56,293 bases of DNA from the NCBI GenBank assembly GCA_005877305.1, contig VBPW01000012.1:1-56293 (forward strand), in the 5' to 3' direction. A program made the translations under genes and the position numbers. The notes below the pieces were generated by a model. That model was not told the DNA's origin, searched no databases, and saw only the letters and a program-made list of their open reading frames with translations. Shown here one piece after another: positions 16,954 through 27,617 of this stretch; position 1 is the stretch's first letter, and each line of letters begins with the position of its first letter. This DNA comes from Nitrososphaerota archaeon. Its GTDB lineage: Archaea > Thermoproteota > Nitrososphaeria > Nitrososphaerales > Nitrosopumilaceae.

Positions 16954-19866
16954 CTATTCTATCAAAATTGCCGGCTTGAACGGTCTTGTAGTCTTTGCCT
17001 TGTTTTTGGGATCATACTTTTGTGGCTCAGATTCTGAAAATACCTCTACCCTTACACCAAATTCTTTTTGTACAAGAGAATCGATCTCTGAAAGAATTTT
17101 TTTTTCCTCAACTAGATCTGACCTTGCCTTGGATTCTCTTGATTCTACAGGCTCTGACAAGATATCATTGACAGTCTTTTTGACAAAGTCTGGATCCTTT
17201 TTTACGTTTTCTGTATCCTTGTCTGCAATTAATAATTTTATCAAGACTCCAATATTCATTTCACCTTTGATAACACTTGCAAGAATCTTTTGGTAGGCCT
17301 TTATCTTCCAAGGGTCAGAAGTATAGATGATAATTCGTTTTGGAGAAATTTTAGTTATCTTGAGAATATTTTTGATATCCTCAAGTGTTGACTTGAGAAG
17401 GTTTTCTGACTGGAGTGCTGCAGCATCAATCTTACTTTCAAGAACTGACGGCCACAAAGACTTTGAGGCAGTTCCAACATTTCCTAATTTTTCCCACATT
17501 TCTTCAGCAATATATGGAGCAAAAGGAGAAAGCATTGCTACTCTGGCAGAAAAAATTTCATGTAAGATACCTGTGATATCTTTTCTGCTCTTTGCCCCTG
17601 CTCTCTTTAGATACCATTGGATATCAGAATCAAATTCATAAAGAACATAGTGCAAGGCCTCACGTAATCTCATCTTTTCCATTGCTGATGTAATTTCAAG
17701 GATGATCTGTTGTAGTCTACTCTGTAACCATCTATCTTCTTGTTCAAGATTCTTAGTTTGGTCTGGTTTGTATTTTGAGCATTCTTCTAACATATTTTCA
17801 AGCTTGTTTTTGATTCCTCTTACCGCTTCTAAATTAAAGTCAGCGTCCTGCAGTAGCTCTGCGGAAATTAGGATGGCCAATCTGATAGGGTCAGCACCAT
17901 GAGTTCTTATAGCATCACGTAAAGGAATTATGTTTCCCATGGATTTTGACATCTTTTTTCCTTCCATTAAAACCGAGCCATTGACTACAATTTCTTCTGG
18001 CCAGTGTTTTTTTGGAAAGATTGCAATATGATTAAAAACAAAAAAAGTTAGATGGTTTGGAACAAGGTCACGCCCTGAATGTCTTGCATTGACAGGATAA
18101 AAGTATTGAAACTCGTTTCTGATGCTCTCCAAAAGATCTTGTGAGATTTTACACAATGAAGAAATCTTTTTTGGATCCCTCTCACCTAAAAACACATAAT
18201 CAAAAAATTCATCATCAAGATTTTCTGCTAGAATTTGTTTTTTGTTTATATACTTTGCGAGGATATAGTATGCCATGTAAATTACCGAATCTGACAAACT
18301 CTCAATTATCCAGTTCTTGTCCCAAGGCAACTTTGTGCCAAGACCATGTTGTCTTGCACATGCTCTTTCTCTAAGCCAATCAACAACATGATTGAATTCA
18401 CTTCGTATCTCTTCGGGAAGTATCTTCATTTCATTTATCCACAGATGAGTATCATCTTTCCATTTTTTGTTAGAGTAATCTAAGAACCACTGATCATTGA
18501 GTAATTTTACTACACATTCGGCTCCACATCTACAGCGAATTGGTCCATCATTTAGCTCAAACAAAATATCTGCATTTTTGGTTTGTAAAATCCATTTTTT
18601 AACTTCCTCTTTGGCATCTGCAACAGTTTTTTGTGCAAATTTTCCTGTATTTTGTTTTAGCTTTCCACCATAGAACTCTTTGGAATAAAGCTCCTTTGTT
18701 ACCCCATCAAGCTTGGGATCATTTTGATTTTCTATCTGGAATTTTTCAATGATTTCCTTTGCTGGAATTTCTCCATATCCATCTGTTTGAATAATTGAAA
18801 TTGGAGCAATTGATTTTGCAATAACCAAAAGATTTTGCTCAAGATTGCTTGCCTTTTTAATATCTTCTAACGCTTGATAATCAAACGGTGCATGTGCTGG
18901 TACTGACATTACAATTCCAGTACCGTTTTCACTTTTGACAAAGCTTGCTGGAAATATTACAATCTCTTCGTTTCTTTCTGGAACTTTGGCTTTTTTGCCA
19001 ACAAGCTCAGAACCTTTTATCTCATTTATTACCTTGACTTTTTTATCAAGAAACTCTAGTTTTCTTGCACACTCCGCACTAACAATCCAGGTTTCATTAT
19101 CAACACTAGTAATCTTGTATCTGACATCTGGATTTATCCAAAGATTTGTTACGCCAAATATTGTTTCAGGTCTAAGTGTTGCTGTAGGTATGATGTACTT
19201 GTCATATCTGAATTTAATGAGAACGTATTCTGTAAAACCTGGCTCTACGTCCCCTAACGTATCGTGCTGTGATACTGGATTTTGATCCTTTGGACACCAA
19301 CCAACTGGATGAGACCCCTGAATGATTAGATTTTTGCTTTTTAATTTTCTAAACTGCCACTCTATAAATTTATTGTAGACAGGATCTATTGTTGTAAACT
19401 CTCTTCTCCAGTCTATTGAATATCCCATTTCTAGCATTCCTGACTTGATCTCTTGATGGAAATAATCTGCAATCTTCACTGGTTCAGAAAATTCCTTGAT
19501 GGTTCCTTCTGGAACTTTGTATAGTGTCTTAAAGGCTTCAATTAGCTCTTTGTCATTTTCTTGAACCCTCCTTGCCATGCCAAGAATTGGTGTTCCTGTA
19601 TAGTGAAAACCCATTGGAAAAAGAACATTGTAACCACGCATCCGCATAAACCTTGCATGAACATCAGCTAAAGTGTAAGTCCTTCCATGACCTATATGCT
19701 GTGGAGAGTTGGGATATGGATACGCTACAGTAACAAAGAATTTTTTTTGTGAGCTTGGATCTGCCTCAAAATATTTTTCATCATACCATTTTTTTCTCCA
19801 TTTACCTTCTATCGATGACCAATCTATCACAAAATCACTTTTCCAAAATTGATTGTTCTGCAGCAA
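16954..19866 (-). CDS. leuS: Leucyl-tRNA synthetase (archaeal type)
   Basis: 970 aa with HIGH motif (QHIGHGRTY), KMSKS motif (GKKMSKSMGN) and the class Ia block VLFPMGFHYTGTPI. Confidence 0.93.
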   Translation of the reverse strand: MLQNNQFWKSDFVIDWSSIEGKWRKKWYDEKYFEADPSSQKKFFVTVAYPYPNSPQHIGHGRTYTLADVHARFMRMRGYNVLFPMGFHYTGTPILGMARRVQENDKELIEAFKTLYKVPEGTIKEFSEPVKIADYFHQEIKSGMLEMGYSIDWRREFTTIDPVYNKFIEWQFRKLKSKNLIIQGSHPVGWCPKDQNPVSQHDTLGDVEPGFTEYVLIKFRYDKYIIPTATLRPETIFGVTNLWINPDVRYKITSVDNETWIVSAECARKLEFLDKKVKVINEIKGSELVGKKAKVPERNEEIVIFPASFVKSENGTGIVMSVPAHAPFDYQALEDIKKASNLEQNLLVIAKSIAPISIIQTDGYGEIPAKEIIEKFQIENQNDPKLDGVTKELYSKEFYGGKLKQNTGKFAQKTVADAKEEVKKWILQTKNADILFELNDGPIRCRCGAECVVKLLNDQWFLDYSNKKWKDDTHLWINEMKILPEEIRSEFNHVVDWLRERACARQHGLGTKLPWDKNWIIESLSDSVIYMAYYILAKYINKKQILAENLDDEFFDYVFLGERDPKKISSLCKISQDLLESIRNEFQYFYPVNARHSGRDLVPNHLTFFVFNHIAIFPKKHWPEEIVVNGSVLMEGKKMSKSMGNIIPLRDAIRTHGADPIRLAILISAELLQDADFNLEAVRGIKNKLENMLEECSKYKPDQTKNLEQEDRWLQSRLQQIILEITSAMEKMRLREALHYVLYEFDSDIQWYLKRAGAKSRKDITGILHEIFSARVAMLSPFAPYIAEEMWEKLGNVGTASKSLWPSVLESKIDAAALQSENLLKSTLEDIKNILKITKISPKRIIIYTSDPWKIKAYQKILASVIKGEMNIGVLIKLLIADKDTENVKKDPDFVKKTVNDILSEPVESRESKARSDLVEEKKILSEIDSLVQKEFGVRVEVFSESEPQKYDPKNKAKTTRPFKPAILIE

Positions 19867-22591
19867 GTAGTGCGTCCTTTAGTTTTGTTGTATCTTTTCC
19901 TCCACCTTGGCCAAAACTTTCATTTCCACCTCCAGAACCGCCAAGAACTTTGGAAACATCATGTACCAAATCTCCAGCTTTCTTTGTTTTTGCAGCTTCT
20001 GAGCCAGAAAATGCAACAATTCGTATTCCGCCGTTTTTCAATATCAATGCGCAATAAATCATAGATGAATCAATCTTGATTGCATGTTCTCCTACGGCAA
20101 TGTGGAATTCTTCATCAAGCTCCTCATCTATTGTAGAATATAGTTTCACTTTGCCAAGGTTTTTTGCTTGAGATATTACGTTTTTTGCAGTAGATTCTGA
20201 TATCCGTTTGATTAATTGTTTTAGCTTCTTTTTGGAAGAATCTGCATCTTTCATGGTATGCTCAAATGATTCTAGAATCTTTTCTTTGCTAGAGCCAAGA
20301 GATTTTACAATTTGTGAAATTTTTCTATCTTGATTTTGAGTGTATTTTACTGCAGTCTCGCCTGAAACAAATTCCATTCTTACAACCCCATCTTGAATTC
20401 TTTCTGCCTTTGTAATCTTAATCAGCCCAATCTCTCCTGTTTTTTTTACATGGGTTCCTCCACAAGCTTCAACATCATATCCTTCAATGTTTACAATTCT
20501 GACTAGCTTTACTGGAACCACACCACCTTGGTAAATTCTAAACCCGTATTTTTGTTCAGCATGACCTCTTTCAAGTTCGGTGATGATGATGGGAATATTT
20601 CTCCTAATAGTAAAATTTGCCAAATCTTCAATTTTCATTATAGCTTCTTCTGTCAAATTAGAATGATGAGTGATGTCAAGTCTTCCGTAATCTTTTTCCT
20701 TAAATGCCGAATGTTGCCAAATCCATGACCCCAAAGTTTTTCGTGCAGAAGCATTTAGTACGTGAGTGCTAGTGTGATTTCTTGTTATCCCATATCGACG
20801 CAATGAGTCTATTGAACATCTTACGGTCTCTCCCTCTTTTGGTGCTCCACCTTTGAGCTCATGAACTACGACATTTCCATGTTTATTTACATCAATGACA
20901 TCAAAGGCTCCGATCTTTCCATGGTCTGGTTCCTGTCCGCCCCCTCTTGGATAAAATGAAGTCTTGTCCAAAACTACCATTTTGTTTTTTACTACCTTGA
21001 GAACCTTGGCCTCAAATTCTTCTGGGTCTTGTTTATAGTATAACAGTTCAGTGTCTGGAATTCCCTTCAAGTCAAGCTCTTCTTTTTTCTCCTGTTTTTC
21101 TGATTGATGCAAGTCTGATAATCTTTCATAGAAGGTAGGAGGAATTTCAGGAATTATCTGCGTTTCTTTTAAAAAGTCGGGCGTAATCCCGCCAGATTCG
21201 TATAACCTGATAAGATCATCAACTGTCAATTTTTTGTTTTGACTCTTTAGTGTATTTGCAATACCTCTCATTCTTGTTTTTGATTCGTTGTATCTTTCTC
21301 TTTCTATTCCAACTATGGTCTTGACATCGTCTCTTGTTTCTTCTAGCTCTGGATAAGTTGATTTTAGATAATCAATATGCATGTCAACTAGTTCTTTTAG
21401 ATCAAAATTCCAACCAAATCTATCCATTGTCGCTACTGTTCTTCTTAGAATCATTCGCAAATTGTATCCGCCACCTACATTACTTGGTAGGGCGCCATCA
21501 GAAATTGCAAATATCAAAGTTCTAAGGTGATCCGCGATTAGATAAATTCCCTCAAGCGGTACTATTGTTTTATTGAATTTGGCATCATCAATCCCAGCTT
21601 GCTTTGCAGCATTTTTTCTTGCAACTGAAATATCTTTTGATTCACCAAGACTTTTTGATATTGCTACAAAATAATTTGATATCATCTTAGAATCAAGATC
21701 GATTCCTGCTTTTTGTATGAGATTTTTTGTGATAGGTCCAAAACAGCAATCATATGCTGTTGGTGTACCCATGGTAATCCAAGCAAACCTCTCAAGGCCT
21801 GCTCCCATATCTATTATTTTTTGGTCCAAAACTGAATAATTGTCTAAATCTCCCTGAAACTCGGTAAATACTGCATTTCCTAGTTCAAGCCCTCTCACAA
21901 AATATTCCAAGGAAGAACCAAATGAACCACCACCTGCCCAAACATCCTCAACAAAAACCACTTCTTTTTTATCAATACCAAATTTTTCTGTAAGTAGCCT
22001 GAAATCCAGATCAACGCACTTGTCTTTCCAATATCCTTGTGAATTTGGAATACTGTGCTGCCCAATCATACAAAAACTCGAAAAGTGTCTTCCTGTGACT
22101 CCGACATTTTCAATGTCTTTGAACCTAAGACAAGTTTGTGGTACTACTAGAGGATTTGCAGGAAACTCAAAAACAACTTTGGAACCCATTACCCTTTGAA
22201 AGTCTACAATTGATGCTATTGTAAAATACAGATCATCACGCCATCTGCAAACAACTGGATATCTGCTTACTGATCTGTGACCGTTTTGTACAAAAAAAGA
22301 TTCGACTTCTCTCCACGCTTGGACGTAATCAAATCTTTTTTTTGTTGGAGGATTTCCTATGAATGAATAATTATTTTCAGAATCATCAGGACAAAAGCTT
22401 TGGTTGGTATCCAAAGTCCAAAAATATCGTTTGCATTTTGCACACGACTTTCGTACAAATCCTTCATTATCAAACAATGCTACTTTGTAATACCTATCAG
22501 GATCGGCAGAAAACTTTGCAAGAATTTGTCCCTTGTCCATCTTTGAGAAGTTTTCGGTATGACCGATATTAAGCATTCTGAAGAAACACAT
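19835..22591 (-). CDS. alaS: Alanyl-tRNA synthetase
   Basis: 918 aa with archaeal AlaRS blocks (FWTLD..C, WAGGGSFGSSLEYF), editing-domain HTSTHV and CGGTHV motifs and a C-terminal DHHA1-like GGSGGG. The true start may be a downstream Met (for example MDKGQ at 22540). The 3' end overlaps the leuS start by 32 nt. Confidence 0.93.
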   Translation of the reverse strand: MCFFRMLNIGHTENFSKMDKGQILAKFSADPDRYYKVALFDNEGFVRKSCAKCKRYFWTLDTNQSFCPDDSENNYSFIGNPPTKKRFDYVQAWREVESFFVQNGHRSVSRYPVVCRWRDDLYFTIASIVDFQRVMGSKVVFEFPANPLVVPQTCLRFKDIENVGVTGRHFSSFCMIGQHSIPNSQGYWKDKCVDLDFRLLTEKFGIDKKEVVFVEDVWAGGGSFGSSLEYFVRGLELGNAVFTEFQGDLDNYSVLDQKIIDMGAGLERFAWITMGTPTAYDCCFGPITKNLIQKAGIDLDSKMISNYFVAISKSLGESKDISVARKNAAKQAGIDDAKFNKTIVPLEGIYLIADHLRTLIFAISDGALPSNVGGGYNLRMILRRTVATMDRFGWNFDLKELVDMHIDYLKSTYPELEETRDDVKTIVGIERERYNESKTRMRGIANTLKSQNKKLTVDDLIRLYESGGITPDFLKETQIIPEIPPTFYERLSDLHQSEKQEKKEELDLKGIPDTELLYYKQDPEEFEAKVLKVVKNKMVVLDKTSFYPRGGGQEPDHGKIGAFDVIDVNKHGNVVVHELKGGAPKEGETVRCSIDSLRRYGITRNHTSTHVLNASARKTLGSWIWQHSAFKEKDYGRLDITHHSNLTEEAIMKIEDLANFTIRRNIPIIITELERGHAEQKYGFRIYQGGVVPVKLVRIVNIEGYDVEACGGTHVKKTGEIGLIKITKAERIQDGVVRMEFVSGETAVKYTQNQDRKISQIVKSLGSSKEKILESFEHTMKDADSSKKKLKQLIKRISESTAKNVISQAKNLGKVKLYSTIDEELDEEFHIAVGEHAIKIDSSMIYCALILKNGGIRIVAFSGSEAAKTKKAGDLVHDVSKVLGGSGGGNESFGQGGGKDTTKLKDALLAAEQSILEK

Positions 22592-22619
22592 TAAATACGA
22601 TCATTTTTGAGAAATTGTC

Positions 22620-23126
22620 ATGTTCGGTAAAAAAACCTGGCAAGAAGGAGATCATGTTTTTACATCTGTCCAGGATGGAGAATATCGAAATATCATTGTT
22701 GGAGTAGTTACAGGCGTTGAAGATTCTAAGATAGGTGTTAATGGCATTATAATAAATCCAGTTGGACTAAAAAACAAGGTTGTTCAAGGAAAAGCAGGAC
22801 CACAATCTATAGAACAACTAAAAAATCCAAACCCAAAAGATTGCATATTGGCTTTGATATACCGAGTAGAACATGATAATTACACTGGAGTCTTTGACGT
22901 AAACACTGATCCTATATTAAAAATACACAAAAGAATTCATAATGTCATAGATGGATGGGTTAGAGAATCAATTCCCGAACTGATAAACAATGTCCTCTCA
23001 CTACCAGATGGTACGGAAAAAGATCAGGCAAAAAGAATTCTAAAGCAAAGAATGGATACCTTATATGACCAGGAATTGAAAAAATACATGTACTCTATTT
23101 GTCGTAGTCTCAAGATTCTAAACTAG
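22620..23126 (+). CDS. Hypothetical protein (168 aa)
   Basis: Clean ATG ORF divergent from alaS. No recognisable motif. Confidence 0.55.
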   Translation: MFGKKTWQEGDHVFTSVQDGEYRNIIVGVVTGVEDSKIGVNGIIINPVGLKNKVVQGKAGPQSIEQLKNPNPKDCILALIYRVEHDNYTGVFDVNTDPILKIHKRIHNVIDGWVRESIPELINNVLSLPDGTEKDQAKRILKQRMDTLYDQELKKYMYSICRSLKILN

Positions 23127-23226
23127 TCTGTTTTTTCCAATCTATTTTTTTGTATGTCAAGATCGTAAATCCAATCCACGTCTTCTCCATAGTTTTATAT
23201 TATGCCTTTAGCAAATCCCGTTTACA

Positions 23227-23529
23227 ATGGAATACGTATATGCTGCATTACTTTTGCACAAGCAAAAGAAGGAAATTAACGAGACTAACATTACAAACGT
23301 AATTAAAGCTTCAGGAGCCGAAGTGAATGAAGCACAAGTAAAAGCACTTGTTGCAGCACTCGCTGACGTTAACATAGACGAAGCTATCAAGGCAGCCCCA
23401 ATAGCCGTTGCAGCAGCACCTGCCGCAGCACCAGGAGCTGGTGGAAAAGAAGAAAAGAAAGAAGTAGAGACTCCATCTGCAAAGACAGAAGAACAAGCAA
23501 TGGAAGGCCTCTCTGCATTGTTTGGTTAG
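23227..23529 (+). CDS. rpl12: Ribosomal stalk protein P1 (archaeal L12)
   Basis: 100 aa. [11 protein letters not shown]..., an Ala/Pro hinge, a Glu/Lys-rich region and the conserved C-terminus EGLSALFG. Confidence 0.92.
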   Translation: MEYVYAALLLHKQKKEINETNITNVIKASGAEVNEAQVKALVAALADVNIDEAIKAAPIAVAAAPAAAPGAGGKEEKKEVETPSAKTEEQAMEGLSALFG

Positions 23530-23616
23530 ATATCCAACTTTTAAAACTCCTTTTTACATTTTGTTCTCTATTTAGATCTCTAACATTATTTACCATATCA
23601 TATAATTAGTTGTGAT

Positions 23617-24255
23617 TTGACTGAGTTATCACAGTCTGTTTCGACTCTAATTTTGGCACTTGATCTTTTTGGAACAATGGCCTTTGCTGTAACGGGAGCG
23701 TTCAAAGCCATTGAACACAAGGCAGACATTGTTGGAATCATCATTTTAGCTACAATAACTGGCGTGGTAGGTGGAACAATTAGGGACGTGTTAATTGGTC
23801 ACTTTCCACCTCACTCCATCTCAAATCCGCTGTATGTAGTGATAACAGTTTCAACAGGAGTTGCAATATTCTTCTTATACCCAAAAATCCAGAAGCACTG
23901 GAATTTGTTTTTAAAATTTGACGCTTTGGGGTTGGGAGTATTTACAATAATTGGTGCAACCTTTGCATACGATGTTTTTGGACTAAACTTTCTTGCAATG
24001 ACACTAGCGGGAATGCTTACTGCAGTTGGAGGAGGAATACTGCGAGACATGTTTGTAAACGAAATCCCTATAGTATTTGTAAAAGAGCTTTATGCTTCTG
24101 CAAGTTTTGTTGGAGTTTTGGCTTTCTTTATTCTTCTAAGTGTTAATGTAGAACCAAACATAGCTACATTTGTTGGAATTGCAATTACAACAGTCCATAG
24201 ACTTGTTGCAATGAAATACAATTGGAACCTTCCAAAGGTAAGAGAAAAACTGTAA
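23617..24255 (+). CDS. TRIC/UPF0126-family membrane protein (putative cation channel)
   Basis: Seven hydrophobic segments and a duplicated glycine motif, VVGGTIRDVL and VGGGILRDMF. TTG start. Confidence 0.75.
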   Translation: MTELSQSVSTLILALDLFGTMAFAVTGAFKAIEHKADIVGIIILATITGVVGGTIRDVLIGHFPPHSISNPLYVVITVSTGVAIFFLYPKIQKHWNLFLKFDALGLGVFTIIGATFAYDVFGLNFLAMTLAGMLTAVGGGILRDMFVNEIPIVFVKELYASASFVGVLAFFILLSVNVEPNIATFVGIAITTVHRLVAMKYNWNLPKVREKL

Positions 24256-24282
24256 ATTCTTTTTAGATTTTCAGAAATAGGT

Positions 24283-25149
24283 TTACTGTAGAATGTAATT
24301 CTTTGCTTTTCCAGCTAGTGCCTTTGCTTGTGCATGAGCCTTTTGTATTACTTGATCTTTGGTTTCGTCTGTTAGGTATCCTGACTCTAATGCAATAGCT
24401 CTTGCCTGTTGTGCTGCTTTTGCAAGTATTGTTGATACATTTTCTTTAGTGACATAACCGATCTCGATAGCAAGTGACATGGCCTCTTGGTGTGCTTGAG
24501 CAAATGCGCTGCGATACTTTTCTACATCTATTACTAGCTCATCTTTTGCATATAGGATGTTTTCTGCAATGGCAGCATCAAGGAATATTCCTGCCTCAAC
24601 TGGTTTGACATCAAGCTTGCTAAGCAATGTAGCAAGCTTTTCAGAAATAACAGCTCCTTTTTTAGCAGGAATAGAATCCTTTGTTATCCAAATTGTTCCC
24701 TGGTCAATTTTTGTGGCTACACCCGCTTCTTTAAAGTCGGTAAGAATGGGACCTGGTGTGATGCCAGTGTTTCCTGCCTTGATGATAACATCGATGCTAG
24801 CAATGTCTCCAGCACGAGCAGGCATCATTATCTTATTTTTGCCAAGTAAGATGTTTAGCTTAAAGGGGCTCATGTTTGTGAACATCAAAACACACTGGCC
24901 GACTAGCTTGTCTACCATCTTTTCAATGGAAGGCATTTTCAGTCCAGCTAATGCCTTTTGTGCAATCTTGTCTTTTATGCTAACAATTTCTACTTGACCC
25001 TTGAATTTTTTTCTAAGAGGCAATAATTGTGATGATCTTACCTTTTCCATTCGTACAAGAGCAATAACATTGTATTTTTTTGGAAGCTCCTGAAGTTGTT
25101 GATACATCAACGCTTTCTTTTGTGGATATTTTGTTCTATTTTGGTGCAT
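24283..25149 (-). CDS. rplP0: Ribosomal stalk protein P0 (uL10)
   Basis: 288 aa in the conserved position after L1, with an N-terminal uL10 domain (NVIALVRMEKVRSSQL..LRKK). Confidence 0.9.
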   Translation of the reverse strand: MHQNRTKYPQKKALMYQQLQELPKKYNVIALVRMEKVRSSQLLPLRKKFKGQVEIVSIKDKIAQKALAGLKMPSIEKMVDKLVGQCVLMFTNMSPFKLNILLGKNKIMMPARAGDIASIDVIIKAGNTGITPGPILTDFKEAGVATKIDQGTIWITKDSIPAKKGAVISEKLATLLSKLDVKPVEAGIFLDAAIAENILYAKDELVIDVEKYRSAFAQAHQEAMSLAIEIGYVTKENVSTILAKAAQQARAIALESGYLTDETKDQVIQKAHAQAKALAGKAKNYILQ

Positions 25150-25150
25150 T

Positions 25151-25807
25151 TTACTTCTTTTCTATTAATGGTTGTTTGATGAGCTTTCCCATAGTTGTCT
25201 TTATCATAATTTTTTTAATGTTCTTATCCCCACTTGGCAATTTTTTTTCTACCAAGCCAATTACTGCGTTAGCATTTGCAACAAGATCTTCATCAGACAT
25301 TGTTTCGTCACCTATCTTGCATGCAAGAGAAAGGGAGTTTCGTAGTCTAACACGTATGGAAGATCGGAATCTTTCTAAAATTGAATCAATTGGGGCATTG
25401 AAAGGAACTGGCGTTGGCATCTTGCCTCTTGGACCCATGAACTGACCAAGGGTCTTACCTACAGTTGCCATAAGTGAAGTATCAGATAAGAAAAAGTCAT
25501 AACCATTAATCAGCTTGCGTGATTCGCGTTTGTTTGCACCTACCTTGTTTACCTCTGTGCCGTCTACCACTCTGTCGGCATTGGCACTTTTTGCCTTCAA
25601 GCCAAGATCTCCTGAAGCCACAACACATACGGATGCTGGATGACTTAGCTTTCTTGGAAGTTGAACTGTCTCATTTATTGCAAAACCCTTCTTCACATCG
25701 ATATCTCTGAAAACCATGATTAGCTCTACCGTTTGTTTGAACTTGCGTTGCTTCTGGCCTTTTTTTGCCTCACTTACCATCTGCGTTAGATGAGCATCGC
25801 TAATCAT
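25151..25807 (-). CDS. rpl1: Ribosomal protein uL1
   Basis: 218 aa with RKFKQTVELI...DIDVKK...FDFFLSD..LM..VGK.LG..LGPRGKMP. Confidence 0.93.
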   Translation of the reverse strand: MISDAHLTQMVSEAKKGQKQRKFKQTVELIMVFRDIDVKKGFAINETVQLPRKLSHPASVCVVASGDLGLKAKSANADRVVDGTEVNKVGANKRESRKLINGYDFFLSDTSLMATVGKTLGQFMGPRGKMPTPVPFNAPIDSILERFRSSIRVRLRNSLSLACKIGDETMSDEDLVANANAVIGLVEKKLPSGDKNIKKIMIKTTMGKLIKQPLIEKK

Positions 25808-25915
25808 TATGAAAACGTTTCTGAGATGCCTATTTAAAATCGTTTACAGATGTGGATCGAATGAATTCTTCTTCTGTCTTGAAATTAAAGTTGTAAGAAC
25901 GGGAATCACTTAGAG

Positions 25916-26419
25916 TTGAACTTACATTTATTAAATCGAATACAAAGTACTTCGCTAAGCTTGCACAAATTTGATGAACTTGACATGAAAATTCTTACCG
26001 AACTTACAAAGGATGGTAATGTTTCAGTACCAAACCTTTCAAAAAGATTGGGAATTAACACATCTGTTTTGTACAGCAGGATAAAGAGGCTAATCAAAAA
26101 GAAACTGATAAAAAAATTCACAATTGTAGTAGACGAATCTCTTATTGGCATAAGTGTAAGAGCCACAATGGGAATAAACCGTGATCCAAAACAGAAAGAC
26201 CAGATTCACAAGGCACTACTGAAAACTTCCGAAGTCGTAATGATATCTGAAGTAACAGGAAGATTTGATATACTAATTACAGTACGTGCCAAAAATCTCG
26301 AAGAATTACACTCTGTAGCGATAGAAAAGATTGGAAAAATAGAAGGAATTCTAAATACTGAAACCTTTGTCGAACTGCAACGAACAGAAAAAGATCAAAC
26401 TTACGAATTAAAAGAATAA
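25916..26419 (+). CDS. Lrp/AsnC-family transcriptional regulator
   Basis: LDELDMKILTELTKDGNVSVPNLSKRLGINTSVLYSRIKRL (HTH) followed by a RAM/ACT-like C-terminal domain. The start is uncertain (TTG at 25916 or 25961). Confidence 0.8.
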   Translation: MNLHLLNRIQSTSLSLHKFDELDMKILTELTKDGNVSVPNLSKRLGINTSVLYSRIKRLIKKKLIKKFTIVVDESLIGISVRATMGINRDPKQKDQIHKALLKTSEVVMISEVTGRFDILITVRAKNLEELHSVAIEKIGKIEGILNTETFVELQRTEKDQTYELKE

Positions 26420-26420
26420 T

Positions 26421-26903
26421 TTACTTTAATTTATCGTCCCATTTGCCAGAGTTTATCTCAGCAGTAACCTCTTTTGGATTCTTACCATCTATTTTGACTC
26501 CAAGTGGCAAACATGTTCCTACAATCTCCTTTGCTGCACCCTTGATGTCTTGAGCATAAGAAGAATCAATTTTTAACTTTGCAACTTTGATTATTGAATC
26601 CATCTTGACATCTCCAACCCAGGTTGCTCCTGAGGTTCCTGATCCTTTCTGAATACCAGCTTCTTTTAGTATGAGTGCTGCAGCAGATGGAATTCCAACC
26701 TCAACTGTCCACTGTTTTGTTTTCTTGTCGACAGAAACCGTAACAGGAACTTTCATTCCCTCAAAGTCTTTTGTCTTCTCATTTATTGCGGTTACAATTT
26801 GTAAAATGTTAACACCTAGTGGACCAAGTGTCGGACCAAGTGGCGGTCCTGCATTTGCCTGTCCTCCTGTAACAAGTGCGGAAACAGTTTGTATATCTGC
26901 CAT
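26421..26903 (-). CDS. rpl11: Ribosomal protein uL11
   Basis: 160 aa with GGQANAGPPLGPTLGPLGVN. Confidence 0.93.
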   Translation of the reverse strand: MADIQTVSALVTGGQANAGPPLGPTLGPLGVNILQIVTAINEKTKDFEGMKVPVTVSVDKKTKQWTVEVGIPSAAALILKEAGIQKGSGTSGATWVGDVKMDSIIKVAKLKIDSSYAQDIKGAAKEIVGTCLPLGVKIDGKNPKEVTAEINSGKWDDKLK

Positions 26904-26940
26904 GATTTTTCTTTCCTTGAATCTGTAAATTTAATCCTTG

Positions 26941-27396
26941 CTACTGTGTCGAAAGCTTAAGGTAGTTTGCATCAACAGTTACTGGTAACTGATATGGAGC
27001 ATCAAGTAGAATTACAGTGGCCTCTTCTTTTTCATGATCTATTCTTGTAACGGTTGCTTTCATTCCCTTGAATGGTCCACCGATAATTTCAACAATTTTG
27101 TCTACTGCAAGCTCAGACACTGTTGATTTCTTGACTAGATAACCCTCTATGTCGTTAAACGTTAATTCGCCTCTAAGCTGTCCTCTAATGTGTCTTATTC
27201 CCTGTAACGCATCAAAGGCAGCATTTGCATCAATTGCCTCCACTATGATATATCCCTTGAGGTTATCCAAAAGCAAAACTGATTGAATGTTTATTTTTTT
27301 TAGTTTTATTCTGTTCTCTAACAGTCCCATGACTACCTTTTCCTGTCCTCCGGTTGTCCTTACTGCGAAAAAGTGTGATTTTATTTCCTGAGTCAA
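26941..27396 (-). CDS. spt5: Transcription elongation factor Spt5 (archaeal NusG)
   Basis: 151 aa with an NGN domain (FAVRTTGGQEKVV) and a KOW motif (IIGGPFKGMKATV). TTG start 3 nt after the secE stop. Confidence 0.88.
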   Translation of the reverse strand: MTQEIKSHFFAVRTTGGQEKVVMGLLENRIKLKKINIQSVLLLDNLKGYIIVEAIDANAAFDALQGIRHIRGQLRGELTFNDIEGYLVKKSTVSELAVDKIVEIIGGPFKGMKATVTRIDHEKEEATVILLDAPYQLPVTVDANYLKLSTQ

Positions 27397-27398
27397 AG

Positions 27399-27578
27399 CT
27401 ATCTATGTCCGAAATTAATTACTGAAAATACGAACTGAATTATAAAACCAATCGTACCTACCGTTGCTATTCCAAGAAGGACTAACCTGAGGTGTTGCAT
27501 ATAATCGTCCTTGTCTGATTTTTTGGCAAGCTTTATTGTATTTACCATGTCCTTTAACAGCTGTCTTGGGTTTACCAT
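27399..27578 (-). CDS. secE: Protein translocase subunit SecE (Sec61 gamma)
   Basis: Hand-translated 59-aa ORF below the track cutoff: MVNPRQLLKDMVNTIKLAKKSDKDDYMQHLRLVLLGIATVGTIGFIIQFVFSVINFGHR. Single C-terminal TM helix. Canonical position immediately upstream of spt5. Confidence 0.75.
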   Translation of the reverse strand: MVNPRQLLKDMVNTIKLAKKSDKDDYMQHLRLVLLGIATVGTIGFIIQFVFSVINFGHR

Positions 27579-27617
27579 TGGAGGAAATTAATAAAGTGTA
27601 CTTATATCTCTTATCTT

